A stretch of DNA of 63,834 nucleotides, filler included, from Intoshia linei (Eukaryota; Animalia; Orthonectida): NCBI GenBank assembly GCA_001642005.1. It is 5 parts of 5 records of this genome, joined end to end, with 100 filler letters (N's around TTAATTAATTAA, not from the genome) between each part and the next. Parts side by side here need not be neighbours in the genome. Positions count along the whole stretch, not along the records: positions 1 to 10,921 come from LWCA01001212.1; positions 11,022 to 27,998 come from LWCA01000828.1; 3 more parts are not named here. One strand, given 5' to 3'. The position numbers and the translations under genes were made by a program. Positions 1 through 11,140 of this stretch are shown here, in pieces. The notes under the pieces were generated by a model. It ran no database searches. It worked only from the letters and a program-made list of their open reading frames with translations, and had not been told where the DNA came from. The number at the start of each line of letters is the position of its first letter. The stretch's first letter is position 1.

Positions 1-383
1 TGAAATTTTTTATGTGTGTTAACATGATACAACTCTACCACTTGTAAATTTTTTAAAATTCTAGGGCTGTTTTCATTAAAAAAGAATATAAGAATCTGAA
101 GAAATAATTTTTTAAATTTAAATTTATGATAATGTTTATGATTTTAAAATTCGTATCAGCGTTTTTAAATTCTCCAACTCGTTTGATTTTCAAAAATAAG
201 GATAATTGGGGTTTTTGACCCGTAATATGTGAGTTTGGGAGGTTGAAATTTATCTTATTATCACCCCAGAAAAAAACTGTAATTGAAATGTGGACTTTAT
301 AAAATTCTAAGACTGGTAGTTATTTCCATAAAGTGGAACACACATACAAACAAATATTGCGTAGCATATTATATACGTAAGGA
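1..383 (-). mobile_element. Partial copy (5' end) of Helitron-like non-autonomous repeat family
   Basis: Closely matches 5642-6080 and 40935-41230. The minus strand begins A|TCC at 383, followed by a TTTG/TG microsatellite-like tract. Confidence 0.65.
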
Positions 384-789
384 TATTAAGTTTAATATCA
401 TGAAAAGCGGGTACTTGTTGAAAGCTGGGAATATAAAAAAATAATGCGGTCATAAAATATTTTAATACGACCAGAGAGGTCGGAAATATTTTTTTGGGAG
501 CCATTTTTGCTCCATCCATTGCTTAATGTGATTAATTTTTAATTTACTGGATTAAAATGAAAATATAACAAATCCATCAAATTTTTAAAATATTTATTTA
601 TCTTGACCAAAAGAAATATGAAATATAAAACATTTATTAAAAAATTAAAGGTTTTTTTATAGTAAGATTTAGTAAAATCGTATTTTTTTAAAAAAATATA
701 GAAAAAAATGGATTTTTTTATTAAGGGTCATTTATGAAGTATACAAGATAGTTTATGAGTAATTATGTGTATGTAAAATAATTTATTAG

Positions 790-3700
790 AGTTCATTTAA
801 TGATTTTGAAAAAAAAAAAGTGAATTATAAGGATAAATTTAAAACCATGTTGGGAAAATTAAAACACGAAACTGATAAACTGTCCAATATTGAAAAACGA
901 CAAGGTAACACAAATGTTAAAAATTCAGTCACAATTTGGGGAAAGTTTCAAAATACCTCTAATCAAAATGAAAATCAATATCAAATTAACAATTGGAAAT
1001 CTAATACACAAAAAAATGAAATAGTCAAGGACAAGAATAATACATTTAATTCACCTATATTGAAAAAAAATAGGTTTTTATTTAATGATAGGAATGCAAA
1101 TATCAAAGAAAATCAAATAAACGGTAATAAATATACATACATGTATATATAATAATAATTGTCGTGTCGGCAGACGACGATACCGTGAAATAACAACTTT
1201 TTAAAATTATATCAAAAATTTAATTTACTTTCTTTCTTTCATTCTCTCTCCTCTCTCTGCCTCCCCTCTAATAACCAATTATCTATCGATATATCAAAAG
1301 TAATTATCAAAATTCTCAATTTTATCAAATTAGTTTTTTAAAAATTTTAATTAAATTATTAAAAAATCTATATGGCTCTTATTTTAAAAACCTTACCATC
1401 CAATATTCAATGAAAAAAAATTATTACGCGATCCGCAAAAAAAATATATTTATTTACTCAAACCATTATTAAACTAATAGTTTTGATTAATAAAATGAAA
1501 TAAAAAACAATAATTATGGAATAAGACTTATAAGTGTAAAAATAATGTTAAAATTGTAATAATGAATAAATAAATCATGAAAAATATATGAAAAAACTGC
1601 CAAATAAGAAATATGTGTAAAAAATAGTTATAAAAAATAAAAATTTAAATTATAAAGCGGGCCATTTGCGGCCTCCAATTATGGAATGTGCAGCCTGCGT
1701 TATAATATAAATTTTTATTTTTTATAACAATTTTTTACACATATTTTTTATTTTGCAGTTTTTTCATATATTTTTCATGATTTATTTATTCATTATTACA
1801 ATTTTAACATTATTTTTACACTTATTCTATTTTTATTGTTTCATATTTCATTTTATAAATTAAAATAATTATAAATTAATTAAATCTGTTTTAACATAAT
1901 TTTTTGAGTTAAGATTTTTTTGTGTGTGGCCCGCGTAATAATTTTTTTCACATTTTACCCGCCAATCAAATTGTGTCTGACAGTCCTGATTAAGATGTAT
2001 TGAAAAAATTTTTGTTATTTGAAAATTATTTACATGTATCTAATATTTATTTTAGATTTGCCCATATTAAATAAAACTGTAAATAAATCAAAAAGTATTG
2101 AAAAATTGGAATACAATCAAAGTAGCGACGTAAATTTGAAATTTAATTATTTAACTTATGATTTCTAACCTTTTCGAAACCATAGCCTAAACATAAATTG
2201 CATGCATTCAACCACAATTGTAATGACAAATCCCACACTTTCGTTTATAAACTTTAACCAGTTCCATTCTAAAACAAACATACAGGGGCGTATGACGGGG
2301 TCCCGATCACCACAGGCCTATTATTCTACATTAATTAATTGAATTAATAGTTAGTGATAGAAAATAATATAATTATGTCAAAATTATCTCATTAAAAAAT
2401 GTTATATTGATCATAAGTATGTCTCATTATAATTTATAATGTAATGTGTAATTTACAATGTATAATAAGATAATTTAAAAATGTATGTTTCATTTTAGCC
2501 TTTATGGGTCCATTAATAAAAATTTATTTTCAAATATGTTGATTAACAGTAAATTAACTTAAATATTAAGCAATATATAGAGTCGACAGATTTTGTAATA
2601 TTTGTATGTAAGCCCACAATTTTTATCTGGCCCGAACCTAACGTTGAACGGATCCTTTCCATCTCCACGAATTTTCAGATCTTCTGGAATTTATAATTTT
2701 TTTCAATAATTCCAATACAAATCGACACGTTGCAGCAAATCTGATAAATATTTGTTACATTTTTTACAACACCCTAAGATAGATATAAGATACTATTTTC
2801 ACATTAAATGTTACATTGTAGTCACAACCACAATTTCATTTTAATATATTTTATATTAGAATTCATTTGATGATTTTGAAGAAAAGAAAACAAAAAATAA
2901 ATTTAAACAAATACTGGGAAGGTTAAAAAACGCTACCGAGAAATCAGATTATAGTGAAAAACGAAAAAGTAACATTGCTGTTAAAAATAAAAACACCACT
3001 ACCAAAAATCAATTGAATAATTATACTTTTAATAAGTCAAATTACAATAACATGGAAAAAATTGATAATATACAAGATGCCCGTTCCTCAGAAATTTATG
3101 AAAACGATAATTATAATAAAATTAAAATTGAAGAGTCACCTAAAACCCAAGAAAGTTATAGTAATTATTTTTTTAATAAAAATGGTGTTGCTTAGAGCCT
3201 TTAACCTGGTAGGCTAAACCCGTGGTCTGTGACAGGACCACACAATTTATTTGAGCGAGCCAATTAAAAAATTGAAAATTTTCAGTTAAATGATTTGATT
3301 AAATTCGATTTTTGTAATCAAAAAAAAATTTACAGGTGATGCTGGTGTTTCAAAATAAATTTTGAATTTTGTGGCAATAAAAACTTGAAACTGTCGATTA
3401 AAACTGGCCCGTACAGGATTCTGTCGAGAGTCTCGACTAATATGTATTATGTACACTATATATATTATACTACCTATAATACAGGTCCTATATACTAAAA
3501 TTTTAAATAGATTTCAACACTACGAATAACCAAACAGTAACCAATCAAATGTTAAAAATGGCTGAATACAATAAAAGTAGTGATGTAATCTTACATTTTA
3601 AATTGGGTGTCTACTAGGGTAAACAGTATCAATTATTATAATTAGGGTAAGTTTTTTAATAACCCATGGAAATTAAAAAAATAACGTCTAATTTTGTAAC

Positions 3701-5236
3701 TTTATTAACTTTTATAAAATTTTTTATATGCACTGCACTCCTGCAGAAACAAAGTTTTCTCAATTTTTGTGGTAGCAAACTGTTTACAAAAATGCAAAAA
3801 ATGCTTTTGTAAAATATATTACAATATTCTCTGGTGTGAACACCATAGAATATTTCTAATTTTTTTGTAATATAGTTTGTAGGTATAATATGGTATCTTA
3901 ATATTTCAGTTTTAACTTGGATCTGTAGTGGACATAACTCAAAAACTCAATTTTTCCATTAAAGGTTGGTAAAAGTGGATTATTCCCATAAGGATTGGTA
4001 AAATTGGGATTTTTTCCTTAAAGGTTGGTAAATTTTGATTTTTAGTAAAAATGGTTGGGTTTAAAAATATTCTCTTTTAAATTTAATTGATCACATAATT
4101 TTTTTTTAAATTTTACATTTATATTAGTATTCCTTTGACGATTTTGAAGAAAAAAAAAAGAAACCGGTAATTAAATTTAAACAGATTTTTGATAGATTCA
4201 AAAACGAAAAATCTGATTATAGAGCAAAACAAAAAAGCAATATTAACGTAAAAAGTTTAATATCAAAATGGGGTCAAAACCAAATTGATAATTGTAAAAT
4301 TTCAAATATGAATACCAATAAAAAAAATAAAGTTGATTATATGAAGACTGAAATTAGTTCCCCTATGTGGAGAAATGAAAATGATTCATATAATTTGCAA
4401 TTCAAAAATAATGACATTGAAAATTTAAGCGCATTGCAAATTGTTCAAACAAATGATGAAAACACAAAAAATATTGAAATTTTTCAAAATTATGACCATT
4501 GTATACAATCGGATAGCCAAAATATTGAAAAAAAAGAAAATTATACACAGTTAAAGTGTCAATCAAACATATCAAATGAAATATTTGGCTTTAATAATCA
4601 AACAGAATTTAACACTCAAGAAACCGACCAAATCAATGTAACTGAAGAAATGTCATCGATATTAAATGATAAGGTATTTGAAGTCAATCAGTTTAATTCA
4701 CAAAATTCGAATCCATCAGAAAATGACAATGAAAATTATGCAAACTATGGAACTAATCAAGATATAGATTACCAACAAAATCAAATTTATTTATCAGAGT
4801 CTGACAATTTTACAAGTTTTCAAGGTAATTCAAATGATAATGTTGACAATCGTCAAATGTACCTTGAAAGTGATCAAAAATTAAATCTTTCAAATCAAAT
4901 TGACCAAAAAGATGAAAATACAAATGGTAGTATTACTAGTATTGTTAAACCTGAAGAATTTAATCAAAATAGAGGTAAAATACATTATTTCAATAATGTT
5001 TATTTGTTTTATTTAGGATTAAGGGCACTGGTTATGTATGAATTTATAAATCGATCCGACGACGGTATTTCATAATATACACATTTTTAATTTGATTTTT
5101 TCAAGAAATATACATGCGCTGTCATTCAATAATATCTAATATAACGTACGTCAATGAAGATTGGTGTAAAGGAATCAATGAAGATAAGCAATATGGAGAC
5201 TTTCCAACTACATATGTTAAATTTCTTAAAAATTAA
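790..5236 (+). CDS. 3' part of an SH3-domain actin adaptor (Abp1/DBNL/cortactin-like C-terminal SH3)
   Basis: Phase-compatible exons 790-1123, 2056-2129, 2860-3184, 3511-3584, 4128-4974, 5017-5064, 5106-5236. The last exons give GLRALVMYEFINRSDDEIYMRCHSIISNITYVNEDWCKGINEDKQYGDFPTTYVKFLKN*, an SH3 fold resembling the Abp1/cortactin C-terminus. The 5' end is not identified. Confidence 0.7.
1410..1950. repeat. Long imperfect inverted repeat (foldback), ~250-bp arms, ~40-bp spacer
   Basis: 1539-1655 (tataagtgtaaaaataatgttaaaattgtaataatgaataaataaatcatgaaaaatatatgaaaaaactgc...) is the reverse complement of 1700-1824. The outer arms ttattacgcg / cgcgtaataa also pair. Confidence 0.85.
3955..4045 (+). 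repeat. ~30-bp minisatellite (aaggttggtaaaa(g/t)tggattttt)
   Basis: Three tandem degenerate units. Related units occur near 37085-37240 and 54935-55035, and inverted near 37500-37650 and 15980-16015. Confidence 0.6.
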
Positions 5237-5303
5237 ATATACATTTTAATAAAACATATCTACACTTGTGTAAAATTGAATGAGTGTTACCGTTTATAGT
5301 TTA

Positions 5304-6131
5304 CTAGGTTGACTGTTATGTACATTTTCAATTTCAATCGAAATATTTGAAAAATATTGGTTGATAATATATTAAAAATTATTTTTCATCCGGGAATGCG
5401 TAGATTCCTCATGTTGAAATTTTGTATTTATATCAACTGGAATAAGCTCTATCCGAATAATCTTCTTTTTTTAATTTTCGAACCGTTAATTATTTCACAT
5501 TTTTTGTTTTAATAAAATATTTCGGAAAAAAAATAGACCTTTAATTATTTCACATTTTTTGTTTTAATAAAATATTTCGGAAAAAAAATATATGAAAATT
5601 AAATGCTTTTTTTTTACCGTGAACGCATCACTAATTCAGATTGAAATTTTTGGTGTGTGTTAACAGGATACAACTGTATCACATGTAATTTTTTTTAAAT
5701 TCTAGAGCTGTTTTCATAAAAAAAGGTAATTTGTGGTTTTGGCCTTGAAGATATAATTTTTTTAAATTTAAATTTATGATAATGTTTATGATTTTAAAAT
5801 CCGTATCAGCGTATATATTTTTTTAAATTCTCGAACTCGTTTGATTTTCAAAAAAAAGACAATTGGGATATATATTTTTTTAAATTCTCCAACTCGTTTG
5901 ATTTTCAAAAAGAGGGACAATTTTTTAAATTCTCCAACTAGTTTGATTTTTAAAAAAAAGGACAATTAGGGTTTTTGACCAGTGAGATATGAGTTTGAGA
6001 GGTTAAAATTTATCTTAGTGTCACCCGAAAAAACTGTAATTGAAATGTGGACTTTTTAAAATTCTAAGACTAATAGTTATTGAAATACACGATAACACAC
6101 AGACTAACAAAGCATACTATGTAAGTAAAGA
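5304..6131 (-). mobile_element. Helitron-like non-autonomous element with both termini (internally deleted)
   Basis: The minus strand reads A|TC (6131) ... gtacataacagtcaacCTAG|T (5304). It has internal tandem duplications (5486-5590; 5810-5965). Segments match 1-383 and 48358-48560. Confidence 0.7.
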
Positions 6132-6181
6132 TGATATAACTTTGTAGCGGTAAATTTTTGCATTGTCCATTATAAAACAGG

Positions 6182-6758
6182 CAGAGCCATTTTAAGGCAT
6201 GGGCAATATGGGCTGTAGCCCAGAGCCCCTCATTAAAAAGAGTACCCAATTTATTAAAAAATATTTCACATTTATGTCTTAAGAATCAGTTTATAAGTTT
6301 TGAAGTTTGAACTTTTTCTAAACTAAAAATAATTAAGAATGAACTTCGAAATTGCTTAGCTCAACCTCGTTTGAATGCGCTCTCCTTAATGTCAATTGAG
6401 AATGATATCAGTTTTGATCATATCATATCTGATTTCTCTCAAAAAAAAGTGAGAAAACATTTGTGAATAATTATCAAAAATTTTTTGTTACTGCATAGTG
6501 CATATTTTTAAATGAAAAAGTAAACTTTGTTCATTAATTAATGTAAGCAGGTTTTTGTAAAATAAAAGTTACTAGAAACCTACATATCTTTTAATGCTTT
6601 TATTAATACTCAATGAAATAAAATTATAAGTCTCCAACCAACGGTTTGCCCTGTCTATTACACAGGGGACCTAAATATTTTTTATCGTTTCGCTTGAAAT
6701 TTTAAAGGCCCGGTCATTTGCTTAGCCCAGGGCCCCGAAGTGGCTTAAGACGGCTATG
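6182..6758 (+). mobile_element. hAT DNA transposon deletion derivative
   Basis: TIRs cagagccattttaag / cttaagacggctatg. Near-perfect 8-bp TSD aaaacagg / aaaacagt. 6311-6466 encodes TFSKLKIIKNELRNCLAQPRLNALSLMSIENDISFDHIISDFSQKKVRKHL*, the hAT dimerisation-domain tail. Confidence 0.85.
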
Positions 6759-6893
6759 AAAACAGTGTCGAAAATTCCCATTGAAGAGAACTTCTTTATA
6801 AGTAGAATAAAATTTTGTTTAATAATTAATATTTCAAAGCATAAAAAATAATAATATTTTAATTTATGTATGAATAAATATTGTTTAGTTATT

Positions 6894-7315
6894 TTAGTTT
6901 CTATCTTTAATCATTATGATGTGATATCCATATTTTGTTTTTACTAGATCGCTAGTGGTGGGAGAATTTACATTACTAGTTGGGAGATTAAATTATATAC
7001 TAGCAAATATGCCTTCCAGTTCATTCCGTGCTTTTCAACCAAGGTCACCTTAAATAAAATAACATTAAAATTAAAAAAGTAAACCCCTCGCCTAACCTTA
7101 TCTTCGCTAAACTTTCTTGTAACACTATCAAAGCTTTTTCCATTCTTTAACTCTTCTTCTGCTTTCAAAGCCTTGAACTGTTTCTCGCACATGATATGAC
7201 GAACCTACATTGTGTAAAAAAATTTAAATATTTAATTTTCAATCAACTTTAATTTCTGTAGCCTTTTTTAAAATTTCGAAACTTTCGCCTTTCTTTAAAA
7301 TAAAATCTTTGTCAT
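6894..7315 (-). pseudogene. PIN4: Parvulin-14 (PIN4) unprocessed pseudogene
   Basis: Three exons give ATEIK|VRHIMCEKQFKALKAEEELKNGKSFDSVTRKFSEDKVRRG|GDLG*KARNELEGIFASI*FNLP...VKTKYGYHIIMIKDRN*. In-frame stops at 7035-7037 (conserved Trp) and 6992-6994. No in-frame ATG found. Confidence 0.85.
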
Positions 7316-7353
7316 GATGTGTTTCTATAACTAACGAATAAAGTTTTTAAATA

Positions 7354-9577
7354 ATGAAAATGACTGAAAAAGCAATGATTGGGGGATGCTGCATATGCTC
7401 AGTAGAAACTGGGTTCGAAAACAACCCTATAGTTTACTGCGATGGTGAAAATTGTAATTTAGGGGTTCACCAAGGTGAGTGTTTGTTAATTCAATATTTA
7501 CACATTTTAGCATGTTATAGTATCAAAAGTGTACCGGAAGGCAGCTGGTATTGTGATGTTTGTAAATTGGGCATCGACTCTGTTGTATGTTAAATAACTG
7601 AACAATAAAAACGTAAATTTAATAGGTATGTCAATTTTGTCCGCTTAAATTTGGAGCATTCAAAAAAACAAATTTAGATAGTTTAAAATAAAAATTGATA
7701 TTGATGCATTTTTTAATTTCTAGCTTGGATACATGTTATTTGTGCTGATTTTTTCAACTCAATTTGCGTAAATGTTGGATCCCAAGTTTGTATAGACAAA
7801 TCGCGGCTGCCCGACAAAAATGTACCTTATTTAATTTTTACTGTTGGAAATAAAATTTATAATTTAGCCATGTAGTCTTTGTGTAAGTGAAAATGGCTTT
7901 ATTGGGTACACTAGAGCTTGTGGTGGTGGCTGTAATAAATATTTCCATATAACATGGTAACATTTGTAAATTGTTTAGAGTAAAACTACTTTTTAGCGCT
8001 CAAATTTCTGGGACGTTAGCTATCAAAAAATTAAAATTAACTCAAGAAAAAAAGCTTTACAGAGTTTATTGCAAACACCACAAAGTCAAATATGTATACT
8101 TTTCATTGTTTTTTGGAAAAATTATATCTTGTTTCAGAATAACAGATCGAGTCTCACATTCAGAAAACCATTTTCATATGAGTGCTATTCCGATTATTCC
8201 AAAGTTTTTATTTGTTTTATTATGCAAATATTTATATAGATTCAAAATTTAAATTCAAATTGTCTCATGCTTGATGAAAATGACGTTTCCAAATTTAAAT
8301 TATCAAATTTTGAATCTGGTTCCAGTAATTTTGTGTTTTTATTTTGATTTATTTTTAATTGTTTAGTCAAAAGTAGTAATAATGGTTTGACAAATATCGA
8401 TGCATCGAGTACACCCAGGTTTGTATATTTATTACCGTAATTAGTTTTTTTAACGTATTGGGCACAATGAGCAACTTTTATAGATTGTAGTTTCAATGAT
8501 TCTCAAAACATCGTATCTACCGAGTTTTGAAGGTGTTTTGTCCAAGTTTTGTCAAATATGCAACTTGTTTGATAACTCCAAAATGGGATTTTAAATCTAA
8601 AAATTTACTAACACTAGACATTGATTTTAGAGCGGTATTAATCCTTTTCATTTTAAAGGATACTATGGGGTTTTAAATAAAACGGAATAATATTGATTGT
8701 GCTAAGGAGTAAATTGAATAACCCTGGTCACAAGTATATATTTTTAGTTTTTACTAGTGTGTTAAATAATATTTAATATCGCGCTGTGCACCTCGAGCCA
8801 AAAGAACTTGAGTCAAGCTTGACAAACATGTCAATTGTTTAATATAATTCATTTCAATCTTCCATTATTTAGCTATTTTAATTTGTTACAATTTTACTAA
8901 CCTCTGGATATTCATTTATAATATACATTTTATATTGTCATTTTGGGATAGATTATTGATATTTTATATTGCCAATAAAATATTGCATTGGTTGCTACAT
9001 CTCAAATAATATTTTGCAGAATTTTATTTCATTGTTATTTTTTTAAATTTGGTTTACCAATTCAATTTACCATCTCAGAGTATAAACGTGAAATGTATTT
9101 TTTCAATTTTTAATTTGATAATTATATTATAATCCTTGCATATAATGGAATAATTCGGAAATTTTTCCAACTAATTAAGTGTATGGTGGTTTGACTTGAA
9201 TTTCTTACTGTATTGGTTTCAATGTGATTTTACCCAAATCATACAAAAAGTAATTATGGCTTTTCAATTTATTTCAATCATTACTATTTAATGTTATACG
9301 TCCGGTGAAATTTGATATTTTTTGTTTTAATTTTATAACTTGACAGCCCATTGACTGGTTTATAAATTGTCTTGTAAACTGGATTCAAATTTTATGTTTT
9401 TAGGTTGACTATTGAAAAAATCAATCAAATTTTTAACAACATTCCTGGACATATTGAATCTTCATTTAATGAAACAATTGATTCTAATAAATTTGGTGAT
9501 GATGAAGGTAATATTTTTAGTACGATATACATTTTACGTGGTTTTTAGCGATTACCCTGGAAGGGCGGAAAAACTAA
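7354..9577 (+). CDS. MLLT10: AF10/AF17 (MLLT10/MLLT6, Alhambra/ZFP-1)-like PHD-zinc knuckle-PHD protein, ~289 aa
   Basis: Eleven phase-compatible exons: 7354-7474, 7511-7584, 7626-7680, 7724-7821, 7868-7956, 7997-8093, 8138-8203, 8240-8324, 8367-8418, 9404-9507, 9549-9577. Motifs MIGGCCICS..NPIVYCDG..VHQACY, CQFCPLKFGAFKKT, WIHVICA, FHITCAQ and YCKHH match the AF10 PZP domain. The last exons are less certain. Confidence 0.8.
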
Positions 9578-9805
9578 AAATTAAATGTCAATAGAGGTAT
9601 AAACCAGGGGTCGGCATCTTTTTTATATACAAAAATAACATGGCCTCGTTTTTGAAAATTTACACATGATAGATTTCAGTTTTCACTAAAGAGAAACGTT
9701 TCTACTAAACTAATAAAATAATAAAAATATTGTGTTTTTATTTAGCCTGTATTTTTGTGTGAAGTGAGTAAACAACTATTGTATTATATTTTGAAATAAT
9801 TCAAT

Positions 9806-10065
9806 CTATAGTGAAATCTCGATCATACATACATATGCTTTATCCATGTTATCATTAGATCTCAATTTCAAAGATTTTCGATTTAATAAAATTTTTGTGT
9901 GATCATGGTTCATTTTCATAATATTGTCCTTATTTTTGAATATGGACACAATAGTTGATGTACCCTTATCAAATTTTGCAGCCACTTGACCGTAGGTTTT
10001 TCCTGATTCCACCTCACCAATTATTTTCATTTATCAAACAAGTTTATAGACTTTCTTTTAGTTTT
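9806..10065 (-). mobile_element. Tigger/pogo transposase N-terminal HTH (CENP-B/psq-type) remnant
   Basis: KRKSINLFDK (frameshift) ..IIGEVESGKTYGQVAAKFDKGTSTIVSIFKNKDNI...RKSLKLRSNDNMDKA is typical of the Tigger DNA-binding region. Confidence 0.7.
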
Positions 10066-10403
10066 CAAATGTGGCGCCAAATTACTTTTATTTATTAGTT
10101 GTAATTTAAATTTGTCTTAGTTATAACCAGGGTTGTGTGGAATTGCTAGTACCAACGACGTTGGCTGGTAACAGCAACAGCGGCTGCTGTACCGGTACAG
10201 CAAGGCTGTTTTTCCAGCATAAGATTTCATATATTATATTGAATTTTAGCATATGTAAAATGAAAATATCACTAAAACCTTGTTAACTGTTTACTGTCCA
10301 TACAAGAAGCGATAAGATTTAGAAAAAAAATTATTGAAATATATGGGAAATTTGCTAATTAACAATTATTCATTTATAAAAAAATTATAGGTTCATTAAT
10401 AAG

Positions 10404-10816
10404 TGTTAATTATATGTACTATAATAATTGAATGAAATAAGGTTTTAAGATTATTAGATTTAATCTGAAAACTATTTACGATAATATATATAACAATACA
10501 CAATGAACTACACTTCATTACACCTCCTCCGTCAAACCATATCAAAATCCTGAAATTTTTTTGGTAATTTAATTTTGCGTTTGAAAAGGTTGTTTTCTTT
10601 TGAGGTTATTGGAACAACTGCAGAATAATTTTGATACAAATTGCTTTTTTGTACTGACCTATCATAATTTTGTTTCATACGAGCAATATTTTTAGTTCTT
10701 GTCTTTCCAATTTTTATTAATAAATCAATACGATTTTGACAAGTTGAATCATACATATTAGATCCTATTACTATATTTATAATCTTTATCATGTAAGTCA
10801 TCTGTACGAGGCGCAA
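10404..10816 (-). mobile_element. LTR retrotransposon 3' remnant: integrase tail, PPT, probable short 3' LTR
   Basis: The ORF has RMKQNYD and ends KRKIKLPKKFQDFDMV*, a Gypsy integrase C-terminal style. It is followed by the polypurine ggaggagg and TGTAAT at 10522. The candidate LTR end ATTAACA at 10404 is tentative. Confidence 0.55.
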
Positions 10817-10921
10817 TTAATTTTAAAACAGAAAAATTAAAATCTTGGTTATTTATTCGAATCGTTATATTGTTTATAGAATTTTATTATATAATTAATA
10901 AATAGTAATTTTATAAATTTA

Positions 10922-11021
10922 NNNNNNNNNNNNNNNNNNNNNNNNNNNNNNNNNNNNNNNNNNNNTTAATTAATTAANNNNNNNNNNNNNNNNNNNNNNN
11001 NNNNNNNNNNNNNNNNNNNNN
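10922..11021. other. Scaffold gap (N44-TTAATTAATTAA-N44)
   Basis: N run with an artificial all-frame-stop linker. Confidence 0.97.
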
Positions 11022-11140
11022 AGTATTGACAATGAAGGATAGATGCCTTGAAGTTGTGATCAATAAAGGAGAAAATACAAATTATTAAATTGTAAATACA
11101 TTATTTTAATTTGAGGTGTCCTATTTTTATTGCGCGGTTA
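11022..11140 (+). mobile_element. Tc1/mariner transposase C-terminal remnant
   Basis: MKDRCLEVVINKGENTNY* resembles the Tc1 tail SMPxRCxAVIxxKGxxTKY*. Confidence 0.55.

Noticed and set aside
307-519. Short ORF-track entries such as 307-519, 11111-11341, 12052-12285, 34762-35025, 37508-37693, 49435-49623
   Set aside because: They lie in repeats or introns, show no recognisable motifs, and are expected by chance.
7035-7037. Stop-codon reassignment (TGA/TAG at Trp, TAA at Gln positions in PIN4 and SLC22 copies)
   Set aside because: Most are single G>A or C>T changes in copies that also have frameshifts or other stops. Intact genes use TGG for Trp and end in TAA/TAG.
10966-10977. TTAATTAATTAA motif recurring four times
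   Set aside because: Always centred in N runs. It is an artificial scaffolding linker with stops in all frames.
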